Positions 48,984 through 58,830 of a stretch of DNA of 64,000 bases are shown piece after piece. How positions within the stretch are numbered: position 1 is the first letter of the stretch; the number at the start of each line of letters is the position of its first letter. The notes below the pieces were generated by a model. The model made no database searches, was not told where the DNA came from, and saw only the letters and a list, made by a program, of their open reading frames with translations. Origin of the DNA: a bacterium (GTDB taxonomy: Archaea > Nanobdellota > Nanobdellia > Pacearchaeales > GW2011-AR1); assembly GCA_036787775.1 (NCBI GenBank), contig DAIQOR010000001.1, positions 183,286 to 247,285 of the forward strand, in the 5' to 3' direction. The position numbers were made by a program, and so were the translations under genes.

Positions 48984-49796
48984 ATGGAAAAGGGGGATAA
49001 AAGTATTTCTAAAAGAGATGTAATCAAAAAAGAAAAAAAGATAGATAGAAAAATTAGTAAAGAATTCAATAAAAATTTTAAGAAAAATTTAGAAAAAGAA
49101 AAAGGATTATCAAGGAGATTTGCAGACTCGTTCGCCTCGATGTTTAAAAGAAATTTGAATAAAGAAAAATCAATTGATTTAGAAATTTCAAAAGAGCAAG
49201 ACAGAAAGTTCAAAAATAATTTAGGAAGAGAAATAAATATCGATAAAAAAATTTCTATAGAATATGACAAAAAGCTACAAGAAGAAATAAAAAGAAAAGA
49301 AATGAATCTAAATAAAAAATTGAGCATCCGACCACCAAGAAACTTTTCTCACAGAAAAAGAAACACATTTTTAATAATCTCAATTATGATCATCCTAAGC
49401 TTGGCACTTTATTTCACATTCTTTTTTTTCTACACGCCAGATGACATAAGCACATTCAAAGCTTATCAAGAAAAATGTTCAAGGGCAGTTTTTGTAAATC
49501 AAGCCGAGGATGTCGATTGGAGATATAGAATATTAGGAAGAGAAGACGGCAAGTGCGAGATTGAAGTCACCGCAATAAAAGTAAGAGAGGGAACTTTAGA
49601 CAAAAAATCCTTGGAAGGAAAATCAATGATCTGTGAATTAAATTACAAAAGCACAAAATACCCAGAATCAGATATCTCAATGTGCCACGGACTTTTAAAA
49701 GAAGAAATGCAAAAGCTCATAATTGACAATCTTCACAAATACATAGTTAGCAACTTAGGTCAAATATCTGAGGCTTTGAACAAGACTTCTATTTAA
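48984..49796 (+). CDS. Lys-rich repetitive membrane protein
   Basis: The probable ATG is at 48984. It has internal K-rich repeats followed by one TM and a Cys-containing C-terminal domain. Confidence 0.4.
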   Translation: MEKGDKSISKRDVIKKEKKIDRKISKEFNKNFKKNLEKEKGLSRRFADSFASMFKRNLNKEKSIDLEISKEQDRKFKNNLGREINIDKKISIEYDKKLQEEIKRKEMNLNKKLSIRPPRNFSHRKRNTFLIISIMIILSLALYFTFFFFYTPDDISTFKAYQEKCSRAVFVNQAEDVDWRYRILGREDGKCEIEVTAIKVREGTLDKKSLEGKSMICELNYKSTKYPESDISMCHGLLKEEMQKLIIDNLHKYIVSNLGQISEALNKTSI

Positions 49797-49841
49797 AATC
49801 AAAACCAAAAATATTAAATACATCTGAATTCTCTACAAATT

Positions 49842-50072
49842 ATGGAAGAAAAATTATCCTGTAATATTTCTATGCATGAAGAAGAAATGGATGGAAAGAA
49901 AGTTTTTGTGGTAGATTGTGCTGAATTAGGAGTCAGCGATTTTGGAGACACAATAGAAGAAGCATTAGATAATTTGAAAAAAGGAATTAATCTTTTATTA
50001 GAAGTTTCACCAGAGAAAAAAGAAATTCTTCTAAAACCAGAACCTCTAATGGTAAGTAGATTATTTCTATAA
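49842..50072 (+). CDS. hicB: HicB-like antitoxin
   Basis: The VFVVDCAELGVSDFGDTIEEALDNLKKGI pattern is HicB-like. It lies 1 nt upstream of hicA. Confidence 0.55.
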   Translation: MEEKLSCNISMHEEEMDGKKVFVVDCAELGVSDFGDTIEEALDNLKKGINLLLEVSPEKKEILLKPEPLMVSRLFL

Positions 50073-50073
50073 A

Positions 50074-50277
50074 ATGAAACTTCAAAATGTAAAATCAAAG
50101 GAGGTCGTTAAAATTCTTCAAAGAGAAGGTTTCAGCGTCGAAAGACAAAGTGGAACCCATGTAATTTTAAAAAAAGAAAATAAAACAGTTGTTGTACCAG
50201 TTCATAAAGAAAATATGCCTATTGGAACTTTGAAAAGTATTGAAAAGCAGGCAGGATTGAAGTTTAGAGATTTTTGA
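50074..50277 (+). CDS. hicA: HicA-family toxin
   Basis: It has VVKILQREGF...SGTHVILKK...VVVPVH...IGTLKSIEKQAG. Confidence 0.7.
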   Translation: MKLQNVKSKEVVKILQREGFSVERQSGTHVILKKENKTVVVPVHKENMPIGTLKSIEKQAGLKFRDF

Positions 50278-50349
50278 ACAAGAATCCTATTTAATCGAGT
50301 AATTCCCAATCGTCATAAAGTTTAAAAACTCCTTATTTCTCACAAAATT

Positions 50350-50991
50350 ATGAAAGCAAAATCAAAAGTGATTTACACTGCGCCAAGCGAAGGATTTTGG
50401 GATATTCCTAATGTGAATTATCGAGGGGAAATCGGAACTTATAGATTATTTGAAAAAATGACTAATCCAATGACTCAAGATAAACTTGCAGAACTTTATG
50501 AACGTGAAAAATCCAATGAAAGACCTCACCCGATTGATTCTATTTTGCAGTTTGCAATTATGGAACAAGTAGCAAATTCAGGAGAAAAAGATTTAGTTTC
50601 TCTTGTCAGGAATGGTTTAGGAAGAGATCCAAGCAATTTATCACGAGTGATTTACAATCCAACACAACTTGATGAAGCAGTTCATAATTATCAAACCTCC
50701 GATGAATACACTCTAAGCGGAAATTTAGTCGGAGAAGATGGTTGGATAAAAGATTTAAAAAATAAAACACCTCTTAGATTATTTTTAGGGACACAGGGAA
50801 TTAAAAGGATAAATAAAACCTTTGAAGTAATGACTCAAAAACTTATGTATTTGTGGAGATTCGATTTAAAACCTTCTGAAAAAATTGAAAGAGTCGTCAG
50901 GTTAGGCACCGTTGATGATAGGTTTTACCTCTGCGTGGGCTGGGATCTGTCTTACAAAGGTCCGGCCTTCCGGGTATTGCGGGTTGATTAA
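50350..50991 (+). CDS. hypothetical protein
   Basis: It is a 213-aa ORF. Its 3' end is duplicated downstream at 51274-51362. Confidence 0.45.
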   Translation: MKAKSKVIYTAPSEGFWDIPNVNYRGEIGTYRLFEKMTNPMTQDKLAELYEREKSNERPHPIDSILQFAIMEQVANSGEKDLVSLVRNGLGRDPSNLSRVIYNPTQLDEAVHNYQTSDEYTLSGNLVGEDGWIKDLKNKTPLRLFLGTQGIKRINKTFEVMTQKLMYLWRFDLKPSEKIERVVRLGTVDDRFYLCVGWDLSYKGPAFRVLRVD

Positions 50992-51273
50992 GATTTGCTA
51001 TTTTGCTCGCGAAGTCAAGTTGAGCAATATGAAAAAAAATTTAAACCCTTTTTTATTTTAATTCTTGCCCATGAGATTTTCCCCTGAGCAAGGAGAGTCA
51101 GATGGACTACACGTCAATTAACTAGCGCGTCATTAAGGTTTATTTTAAGCCATAAAATTCAACAACGACAATTAGTAGCAGTTTGGAGTGAAAATATGAA
51201 GTTGTGGTGCTTCCTTTGAATTGTAGAGATTCATTGACTTGGAGATTCCTTTTAGGAAAGGTTAGTTGGCTAA

Positions 51274-51630
51274 AGAGTCGTCAGGTTAGACGCCGATGAT
51301 GATGGGCTTAACCTCGACGTGGGCAGAAATCTGTCTTACGAGAATCCAGCCTTCCGAATAGTTTATCTGGGCTTGCTCATTTTACTTAATTACTGCTCCA
51401 GAAAACAATCTAAGAAAAGCGGATTGTTTATTAGACTCAAATATTATGAACCTCTTTCCCATTTCCTTCCCATGCCAATAAAATTCGGTCCAGCTTCTTT
51501 AGGTGGAGTAAAAGAAGCAGAGAAAAGTTTTAGAAATTTAAGGATTTGTACACAAATATTTTTAAACAATGCTTTTGAAGTTTTGTTAAGCCAAGAAACT
51601 TATACAGATATAAGGAAGTTACGCTTATAG
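51274..51630 (+). pseudogene. chimeric fragment: decayed copy of the 3' end of the 50350-50991 gene fused to a copy of the 5' end of the 51980-52762 gene
   Basis: About 75% nucleotide identity over about 90 nt with 50890-50982. A second segment at 51475-51527 is near-identical to 51983-52035 (IKFGPASLGGVKEAEK). Confidence 0.45.
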
Positions 51631-51653
51631 CAGAGCTAACCCATGGAAATTAT

Positions 51654-51908
51654 ATGGGGATAATATATTTTGCAGATAGACCCTTTAGTGTTGAATTTCC
51701 AGGGGTCGTGATAAATGAAATTGGATTAAATTTAGGCGATAAATTTTGTTGGTATCCCCAAAAAGAAGATTGGATAGAACCAGAAGATTGTCACAAAGAA
51801 CCAATAAAATATGAGCCTTTAGATTGGGGGTCCATGGTTGCTCCAAAACTTAAAGAGGCTATTCAACATTTGGAGGCTCTCCAAAATAAAAGCAAATCAA
51901 AGGAATAA
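51654..51908 (+). CDS. hypothetical protein
   Basis: It is an 84-aa ORF within the duplicated region. Confidence 0.3.
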   Translation: MGIIYFADRPFSVEFPGVVINEIGLNLGDKFCWYPQKEDWIEPEDCHKEPIKYEPLDWGSMVAPKLKEAIQHLEALQNKSKSKE

Positions 51909-51979
51909 ATATTTTTCATTTAATTTCATCTCCATTCGCGAAGCGAAGTAATTTTAAACCCTCACACCTTTTTCTCAAC

Positions 51980-52762
51980 ATGATTAAATTCGGACCAGCA
52001 TCTCTCGGTGGAGTTAAAGAAGCAGAGAAAAATCTTGAAGAATTCCACAAATTAGGACTTCGAGCCTGCGAAGTTTCCTTCACCAGAGGAATATATATCA
52101 AGAAAGAAGAGGACGCAAAACGAATAGGAAAAAAAGCAAAAGAGTTAGGAATACAGCTCAGCATTCACGCGCCTTATTACATTAATCTAAATTCAACAGA
52201 TAAGGAAGTCATTAAAAAAAGCAAACAAAGAATTCTAAAATGTTGCGAAATCGGAACTCATCTTGGAGCTTACAGAGTAGTTTTCCACGCAGGATTTTAC
52301 GGAAAAATTGACCGAAAAGAATCTTATGAAAACATCAAAAATCAAATTTTAGATTTACAAAAATCAATAAAAGAAAAAGGTTACACACCGAAACTCGCAC
52401 CAGAAATAATGGGAAAAATAAATGTGTTCGGAAGCATCGAAGAAATCAAAAAATTGACTCAAGAAACCGGCTGTCAATTCTGCATAGATTTCGCACATAT
52501 TCTCGCAAGATACAAAAATTACAATTTCAAAGAGGTCTCAGAAGAATTTTCCAAATTTGATGAATGGCACGTTCATTTTTCCGGAATTGAATATGGTGAC
52601 AAAGGTGAAAAGCACCACAAAAAAACCGAGGAATCAGAGTTCAAACGCCTTTTCGAGAATTTACCGTCGAGAAAATCAATAGTTATAATAAATGAAAGCC
52701 CAGACACTTTAGAAGATTCTGTGATTGGAATGAACTTATATAAGCATAAATTTTCTAAATAG
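51980..52762 (+). CDS. xylose-isomerase-like TIM-barrel protein (endonuclease IV-like AP endonuclease family 2)
   Basis: It has an N-terminal GPASLGG and HAPYYINL, and later HAGFY...DFAH metal-ligand-like motifs typical of Nfo/TIM-barrel isomerases. Confidence 0.45.
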   Translation: MIKFGPASLGGVKEAEKNLEEFHKLGLRACEVSFTRGIYIKKEEDAKRIGKKAKELGIQLSIHAPYYINLNSTDKEVIKKSKQRILKCCEIGTHLGAYRVVFHAGFYGKIDRKESYENIKNQILDLQKSIKEKGYTPKLAPEIMGKINVFGSIEEIKKLTQETGCQFCIDFAHILARYKNYNFKEVSEEFSKFDEWHVHFSGIEYGDKGEKHHKKTEESEFKRLFENLPSRKSIVIINESPDTLEDSVIGMNLYKHKFSK

Positions 52763-52918
52763 TGAATCTTAAAAAATCCTTCACCAATTGTAACTAACAC
52801 TCAGTGCCTTGAAAATTACTACAATATGTTGTCACCGTAAAGTTTATAAGTGAACATTCATCTTAAGAATCACTGAAAACAAACGTTTCCAGGCAATTAA
52901 ACAAATAAAAAACAAAAA

Positions 52919-54130
52919 ATGAACACAAAAAACTTTATGGTTTTTATTCTTTCAGCAGTATTCGTTTTGTCTTTAGTAGCTACTGTATGTGCTTCTGAAG
53001 AACTTACATCTGATTTAAGAGTGACTGTTGACGGTTTCAATGTTGCTTCAAACACACCTGCAGTAATTGCTGGCGAAATAACAAGAATAACTGTTAGATT
53101 CACTTCAGATGTTAACGCTTCTGATGTTAGATTTAAAGCAGAAATTGAAGGTAACAAAGTTGACGTTATTGAAAGAACTGATTCTTTCGATGTGGAAGCT
53201 GGTTACACTTATTCTAAGACATTAGTTCTTGACGTACCTTTTGAATTAAAGGACGATCATTCTGATGACTTGTCATTGAACGTTAAAGTTTCAAGCGGAA
53301 ACGATTTCGAAACTGAAGTTCAAGATATTGAATTAAGAGTACAAAGACCTTCATACAACGCTGACATAAAATCAATAAGTACTAGCCAAACTGTGGAAGC
53401 TGGATCAAACATGCCAATAGACATAGTTTTGAAAAACATGGGATACAATGAATTAGAAGATTTGTATGTTACTGTTCAAGTTGCTGAATTAGGTTTGACA
53501 AAAACTGCTTACTTCGGTGACTTAGCTTTCATAGAAAGTTGTGAAGATGACTGTGACAAAGAAGACACAGTTAGCGGAAGACTTTACTTGAGCGTGCCTT
53601 ACAGCGCAGACGCTGGATTGTACGATCTTGAAGTAAAAGTAACAAACGATGACACAAGTTCTACAATGACTAAGCAATTCAATATTGCAAATGACTTTGC
53701 AGAAAACACTGTTGTACCATCTAATTCAAAGACTTTCTCTGTTGGTGAAACTGCTAGCTACGACTTGATTATTGTGAATCCCACAAATGCTTTGAAAGCT
53801 TATACAATCGTTTCAGATTCAAATAAGTATATTTCAACAAGCGTGAGTGACTCAGTATTCGTTGTACCTGCTGGTTCAAGTAAAACAGTTACTATAACTG
53901 CAAACGCTGTAGAAGAAGGCGACTACTCTTTTGATGTAAGTGTATTATCAGGAAACACTCTTGAAGATACAATTACATTCAATGCAGAAGTAGAAGGCCA
54001 AGCTGGATCTAGTCCAATCGTCGTATTGACAATTGTATTAGCAGTAATCTTCTTAGTATTGCTTGTAGTATTAATCGTATTACTTGGTAGAAAACCTCAA
54101 ACAGAAGACTTCGGCGAAAGTTATTATTAA
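52919..54130 (+). CDS. putative S-layer / major cell-surface protein with C-terminal TM anchor
   Basis: It has a signal peptide and Thr/Ser/Val/Asp-rich beta-rich composition. The C-terminus has a TM helix plus short tail and is followed by a strong oligo-T terminator. Confidence 0.55.
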   Translation: MNTKNFMVFILSAVFVLSLVATVCASEELTSDLRVTVDGFNVASNTPAVIAGEITRITVRFTSDVNASDVRFKAEIEGNKVDVIERTDSFDVEAGYTYSKTLVLDVPFELKDDHSDDLSLNVKVSSGNDFETEVQDIELRVQRPSYNADIKSISTSQTVEAGSNMPIDIVLKNMGYNELEDLYVTVQVAELGLTKTAYFGDLAFIESCEDDCDKEDTVSGRLYLSVPYSADAGLYDLEVKVTNDDTSSTMTKQFNIANDFAENTVVPSNSKTFSVGETASYDLIIVNPTNALKAYTIVSDSNKYISTSVSDSVFVVPAGSSKTVTITANAVEEGDYSFDVSVLSGNTLEDTITFNAEVEGQAGSSPIVVLTIVLAVIFLVLLVVLIVLLGRKPQTEDFGESYY

Positions 54131-54178
54131 CTTTCCATTTCTTTTTTATTTTTATTATTTTTAACTTTTATTTTTTTA
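54131..54178 (+). terminator. oligo-T transcription terminator
   Basis: Multiple T5-T7 runs lie immediately after the stop of the surface-protein gene. Confidence 0.4.
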
Positions 54179-54210
54179 AGACCTGGCCGACGGCCTAGGC
54201 AAGATAGAAA

Positions 54211-54672
54211 ATGTTAAACATAGATTCAAAAATATTTTATGAAATATTGGATGAAGAGTTTAGAAAAGCATCTTTTGAATTGGGATTAGAATTCAAAGAT
54301 TTAGATGAAGCCTGGTTCAAGATGACAAGATATGAAGAAACTCAAGAGGCGATAAAAATCACTGAAAGCTATTTGGGTATTTCACTTTCAACTTTGGAAA
54401 AAGTCGAATTAAGAAGAAATGTAGAAATTACAATGGCCTATAAAGGGGGAGAATTCACCCTAGGAGCACAGCCATCAAACGAGGCTTCTTTAAATTTTAG
54501 GCTAGATAATTATGGAGCAGACTTAAGAAATTTTGCACAAAGAAAATGGCTCGAAAAAATAAACAGAGACATAATAAAACAAAGAGGATATAATCCACTT
54601 AAAGCACATTTTGAGATGGTTAGTCAAAAAATTCACACGCCAGGATTAAAAAGTTTCAATAAGGAAAAATAG
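54211..54672 (+). CDS. hypothetical protein
   Basis: 153-aa ORF. Confidence 0.4.
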   Translation: MLNIDSKIFYEILDEEFRKASFELGLEFKDLDEAWFKMTRYEETQEAIKITESYLGISLSTLEKVELRRNVEITMAYKGGEFTLGAQPSNEASLNFRLDNYGADLRNFAQRKWLEKINRDIIKQRGYNPLKAHFEMVSQKIHTPGLKSFNKEK

Positions 54673-54674
54673 TT

Positions 54675-57536
54675 CTACAATTTCAAACTAATAACTTTAC
54701 TAATGCCCTCAAACATGCTAACCCCATAAAGATTCGTCGCGTTTGAAATAACTTCGTCGTTGTGCGTAATCACTAAATATTGTCCTTTCTGCATATATTT
54801 TTTCAATAATCCTGCAAGTCTCTCGGAATTTCTTTTATCCAAAGCAGCGTCGATTTCGTCAAGAATATAAAAATAATACGGTTTCAATTCTTGAATTCCA
54901 AAAATCAAAGACAACGCAACCAGCGTCTGCTCCCCTCCGCTCAAAGAAGTCACATCAAAATATTTTCCGTGCCCCATCTTAACAATTATATTAACTCCTC
55001 CTTCAAAAGGATCTTTTTTATTTTCCAATTCCAAAGTCACCTCGCCCTTCAAACTCAACTGCGAAAAGTTACGCGAAAAAATCTCGTTCAACTCGCTCAG
55101 CGTCTTCAAAAATGTCTTCTTTTTCTTAATATCAATCTCATGAATAATTCTCATCACACTTTCTTTCTCACTCGTTATCATATCAACCTTCCCCTTAACC
55201 AACTCATACTCTGCCTTAATCTCATCATAAACTTCCAACGACCGCAAATTAACATTCCCTCGAATACGCGAAAGAATCTCACTCGAATTCGCCAATCTCT
55301 CCGCAAGCGTCTGCCGGTTCCCATTAATTATTTCAACATTATCAAAATCCAACATTTCAATTTCTAAATTCTGAATCTCCGCCCCGACCCTCGCCAAATC
55401 AATCTTAAAATTATTTACATCGCCCTCAACTTTATGCACGTCGTTCTGTTTCGAAAAAAGCACCAAATCCAATTCCTTTATTTTCCGTCCATATCCGTCC
55501 CGCTCGCCAATCAACTTATTAAATTTCTTACTCAATTCCTCATCCTGCTTTTTCTTATTCTCCAAAACACTTTCTTTCTCTCCAATTATTTTTTGCAAAG
55601 ACATTATCTCCTGATCCAAATCGTCCTCGTTCCTTTCCAACTGCTTCAAAGAAATCTTCGCCCGCTCAAGTTCCTTCATCTTAAAAGAAATCTCCGAACT
55701 CACATTTTCCTTCGTCCTCAAAGAAATTTCCTGAATCTCCACCGACGCTGTTGCATACCTTTGTTCAATTCCAGAATTCTCATCAAAATTCTCCTCAAGA
55801 TTTTTCTTCCTCTTTGCAAGTCCTTCAAGCTCTCCAGTCAAATCAAAAATCTTCTCCCTCAAATTTTTCACCTGTTCTCGCTTTGTATTAATATTATTAA
55901 TTTTAACCAAATCATTTTCCCGATTAGAAATCTCTTCCCTTATCTGCGAAATCTCAATTCCCAAAACTTTTCTCTGCTCGTAAATTTTACTCAACTCCTT
56001 ATCCGACTTATCCATCTCACTTTTCAAAAGATTAATTTTCGGCGAAGCCTCTCGCTTAATTTCGTGAATGTGCTCCTTCGTTATTTTACTTTTACAAAGC
56101 GGACAAATATCAATCTTCGCGATATTCTCAATCAATTTTCCCTGCTTATCAATTTCATATTCATTCGTGTGCGCAATCTTTTCCAAATCAATTTCCCGTC
56201 GACCAAGATTCTCAATCAACTCTTCCTTCTCTTTCAAAATAAATTTCAACTTCTCCAACTTCTCTCGGTCACTTCGTTTATCAAACAACTCCAAAGACAA
56301 AGACTCAATCTGCTTCATAAAAAAATCCGACTCGTTCGTATAATTCTGAAGAAGATATTTTTTATCTTGAATTCTCTCGCCAATCGCTTTCAAATCCGAC
56401 TTAACCATATAAAATTTCTTTCGCTGTTCTTCAAGTCTTTCCAACTCCCGTTTCTTCCTCTCAATTTCTTTTCTATTCCCATCCATCGTCGGTGATTCCT
56501 TCCGCAAATCCTTCAACGAAACGTCCGACTCACGAATCATATTTTCAAGTTCTTCTTTATGCCCAGAAATCTCCGAAACTTTTCTCTCGCTATTTTCCAA
56601 CTTAACTCTTAACCCTTCCAACTCCGCCCGCAAATCCGCAATCTCTCGATTCAATTTTTCCTGCTCAAAACCCGCCGACTTCTGCATCGTCTCATTAATT
56701 GAACTAACTTTCGACTCATTATCATTTATCGAACTTTTAATTTCCATAATTTCTTTTTTCCCTTTTTCTATTTCTTTATTTTTCTTTCCAATTTCCTCGT
56801 CAACTCTTTCTTTATCTTTCCTCTTCAAATTCAAATCGTGAAAAATAATACTCGCCTTGAAAGTCCTAACATCTTTTTCCAATTTTTTAAATTTCAACGC
56901 CTGCTGTCTTTCCTTTTCAAGATTATTCAAATAAGATGTCCTCTCTCTCAGCGTCGCCATAACTTCACTCAATCGACTTTCAGTCCTCTCCAATTCCTTC
57001 AAAGATTTTTCCTTTCGCGATTCGTAAATAGAAATTCCCGCAACCTCCTCAATAACTTTTCTTCTTTCCTCCGTGTGCATTTTAACAAAATTCTGAATCT
57101 CTCCCTGAAGAATAATATTAAATCCGTTCGGGTCAATCCCTCCCTGCGCCAACAAACCCAAAACTTCCTGACGCGTTTTCGTCTCCCCGTTAATTTTGTA
57201 AATACTCTGCCCGTTCCTTCGAACAATTCTCTTAATAGAAATTTCCGAAGCATCTAATGTAAAAGTTTTCTCAGAATTATCAAAAACAATTTCAACAATT
57301 GCTTCCTTCGCCGGTGACGCCGCCTTCGAACCAAGAAAAATTAAATTCTTCGCCTTCGCTGCCCGCATAGATTTAATACTCAAACGCCCAAGCACAAAAC
57401 ACAACGCATCCGTAACATTACTTTTTCCAGAACCATTCGGCCCAAGAATAACATTAATCCCCGGCGTAAACGGCAACTCTGTTTTCCGAACAAAACTCTT
57501 AAATCCTTGCATCACCAATCTTTTAACATAAGTCAT
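54675..57536 (-). CDS. smc: SMC-family ATPase with central CxxC zinc-hook in place of a hinge
   Basis: It has SMC-type heads: N-terminal GFKSF...ILGPNGSGKSNVTDALCFVLG and C-terminal LSGGEQTLVALSLIFGIQ...YILDEIDAALD. About 400 aa of coiled coil lies on each side of DICPLCK at residues 476-482 of 953 (56091-56111). Confidence 0.75.
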   Translation of the reverse strand: MTYVKRLVMQGFKSFVRKTELPFTPGINVILGPNGSGKSNVTDALCFVLGRLSIKSMRAAKAKNLIFLGSKAASPAKEAIVEIVFDNSEKTFTLDASEISIKRIVRRNGQSIYKINGETKTRQEVLGLLAQGGIDPNGFNIILQGEIQNFVKMHTEERRKVIEEVAGISIYESRKEKSLKELERTESRLSEVMATLRERTSYLNNLEKERQQALKFKKLEKDVRTFKASIIFHDLNLKRKDKERVDEEIGKKNKEIEKGKKEIMEIKSSINDNESKVSSINETMQKSAGFEQEKLNREIADLRAELEGLRVKLENSERKVSEISGHKEELENMIRESDVSLKDLRKESPTMDGNRKEIERKKRELERLEEQRKKFYMVKSDLKAIGERIQDKKYLLQNYTNESDFFMKQIESLSLELFDKRSDREKLEKLKFILKEKEELIENLGRREIDLEKIAHTNEYEIDKQGKLIENIAKIDICPLCKSKITKEHIHEIKREASPKINLLKSEMDKSDKELSKIYEQRKVLGIEISQIREEISNRENDLVKINNINTKREQVKNLREKIFDLTGELEGLAKRKKNLEENFDENSGIEQRYATASVEIQEISLRTKENVSSEISFKMKELERAKISLKQLERNEDDLDQEIMSLQKIIGEKESVLENKKKQDEELSKKFNKLIGERDGYGRKIKELDLVLFSKQNDVHKVEGDVNNFKIDLARVGAEIQNLEIEMLDFDNVEIINGNRQTLAERLANSSEILSRIRGNVNLRSLEVYDEIKAEYELVKGKVDMITSEKESVMRIIHEIDIKKKKTFLKTLSELNEIFSRNFSQLSLKGEVTLELENKKDPFEGGVNIIVKMGHGKYFDVTSLSGGEQTLVALSLIFGIQELKPYYFYILDEIDAALDKRNSERLAGLLKKYMQKGQYLVITHNDEVISNATNLYGVSMFEGISKVISLKL

Positions 57537-57575
57537 AGATAGAAGAACAAATGGGGATTTTTAAAGATTAAGATA

Positions 57576-58247
57576 TCAAAACCCCAACTTCCTCTGCCCA
57601 CCACTTTCAAAAGCTTTCTTCCAAGTTATCCAAGTCTTCCGAAAAATTCCGTCGTCCTGAAATTTCCGAGCATTCTTCAAAACAAACTTCTGCGTATTCG
57701 GATCCGAAGTATAACCCGAACCAATCTCATCACCATATTTTTTCTTGAGTTTATCCATCTGTCTTTCTCTTTCACTCTTCGCAAGAATCGACGCTGCCGA
57801 AACCGAAATATGATTTTGATCTGCCTTATGCTCACAACTAATTTCAAGATTAGAAAGATTCTTCACTTTAGTTTTCAAATAATCAGTCCATTTTGCAATG
57901 CTCGTCGACGGACAATCCACAATAACCCGAATTTTATCCGAACCCTTATTTAATTTATCAATTATTTTCGCACACGCAATCGCCTCTACTTCATTCAACT
58001 TTATTCTCTCGCCCCCGTCGCCGTCAATCTCTTTCGGAAAAATAACAACAACCTCGAACGCCTCAACCTTCTCCCGTATCAACTCCGCCAAATGCTCCCT
58101 TCTCTTCGCCGTCAACTGCTTCGAATCCTTCACACCCAAAATCTCCAACTCTCTCTCAAGTTTTTTATCCAGAAGGCAACCCGCAAGAATCATCGGTCCT
58201 ATAACTGGCCCCCGTCCCGCATCGTCAATTCCAAGAATTAATTCCAT
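57576..58247 (-). CDS. rnhB: ribonuclease HII
   Basis: The N-terminal ILGIDDAGRGPVIGPMILAG is the RNase HII signature. Confidence 0.85.
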   Translation of the reverse strand: MELILGIDDAGRGPVIGPMILAGCLLDKKLERELEILGVKDSKQLTAKRREHLAELIREKVEAFEVVVIFPKEIDGDGGERIKLNEVEAIACAKIIDKLNKGSDKIRVIVDCPSTSIAKWTDYLKTKVKNLSNLEISCEHKADQNHISVSAASILAKSERERQMDKLKKKYGDEIGSGYTSDPNTQKFVLKNARKFQDDGIFRKTWITWKKAFESGGQRKLGF

Positions 58248-58281
58248 CTAATAAAAAATCAGTCCTCTCTTTTAAAATTAT

Positions 58282-58683
58282 CTATGGCCAAACATATCCC
58301 AAATCAGCACTAACATTTTCACTAAATTCAAAATAAAAATCTCCGTCCTTCCTCAACAAATTACTCTTATGCGAATCGTGAAAATTTTTATCTCCAAACC
58401 ACTTCGGCAAAATTATCTTTCCCTCAATCTTTTCAAGTTTCATAGTATTCTTATAACCTCTCGCAATCCAAAGTTTAACCGACTTATTAAAATACAATTT
58501 CAAAGCATTCTCGTAACCTCGCCACATCTTAACCGCCGGATGATTTTGCCAACCTTTCTTATCCGTCCGCTCCAAAAGAATATTCAAAATCTGAAACGCC
58601 TCGACCCTCTGCTTCCCAAGTCTCCGACTATCCAAAGCCTTTAATGACTTCTTCAAATTCGGATACGGCAAAAAAGTTTGCAT
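58282..58683 (-). CDS. possible pyrimidine-dimer DNA glycosylase (Pyr_excise family)-like protein
   Basis: The LD.RRLGKQRVEA.QIL ... GW.NHP ... W pattern resembles the Pyr_excise family. The similarity is weak. Confidence 0.35.
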   Translation of the reverse strand: MQTFLPYPNLKKSLKALDSRRLGKQRVEAFQILNILLERTDKKGWQNHPAVKMWRGYENALKLYFNKSVKLWIARGYKNTMKLEKIEGKIILPKWFGDKNFHDSHKSNLLRKDGDFYFEFSENVSADLGYVWP

Positions 58684-58698
58684 TTTATTTTTTTAGAA

Positions 58699-58774
58699 TA
58701 GCAGGGGTGGGATTTGAACCACACGACCTCCGGGTTATGGGCCCGACGAGCACTCCAGGCTGCTCTACCCTGCT
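58699..58774 (-). tRNA. initiator tRNA-Met (CAU)
   Basis: Manual fold on the minus strand: A1:U72 pair, three G:C pairs closing the anticodon stem, loop CCCAUAA (C33), and T-arm GGUUCAAAUCC. Confidence 0.75.
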
Positions 58775-58830
58775 ATAGTATTTGAGAGTTTGAATTACTT
58801 TTAAATTTAACTGAAATAGAATAAGCTCGC

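Noticed and set aside
54170-54200. GC-rich element GACCTGGCCGACGGCCTAGGC after the S-layer-like gene
   Set aside because: It is a short imperfect palindrome (GGCCGaCGGCC) with essentially no loop. It is adjacent to a strong oligo-T tract that already explains termination, and it is too short to support an ncRNA.
55434-56495. 353-aa plus-strand ORF (and others at 54891-55367, 56838-57257) inside the SMC gene
   Set aside because: These are antisense shadow ORFs of an AT-rich coiled-coil coding region. They have Leu/Phe/Ile-rich low-complexity sequence with no domain.
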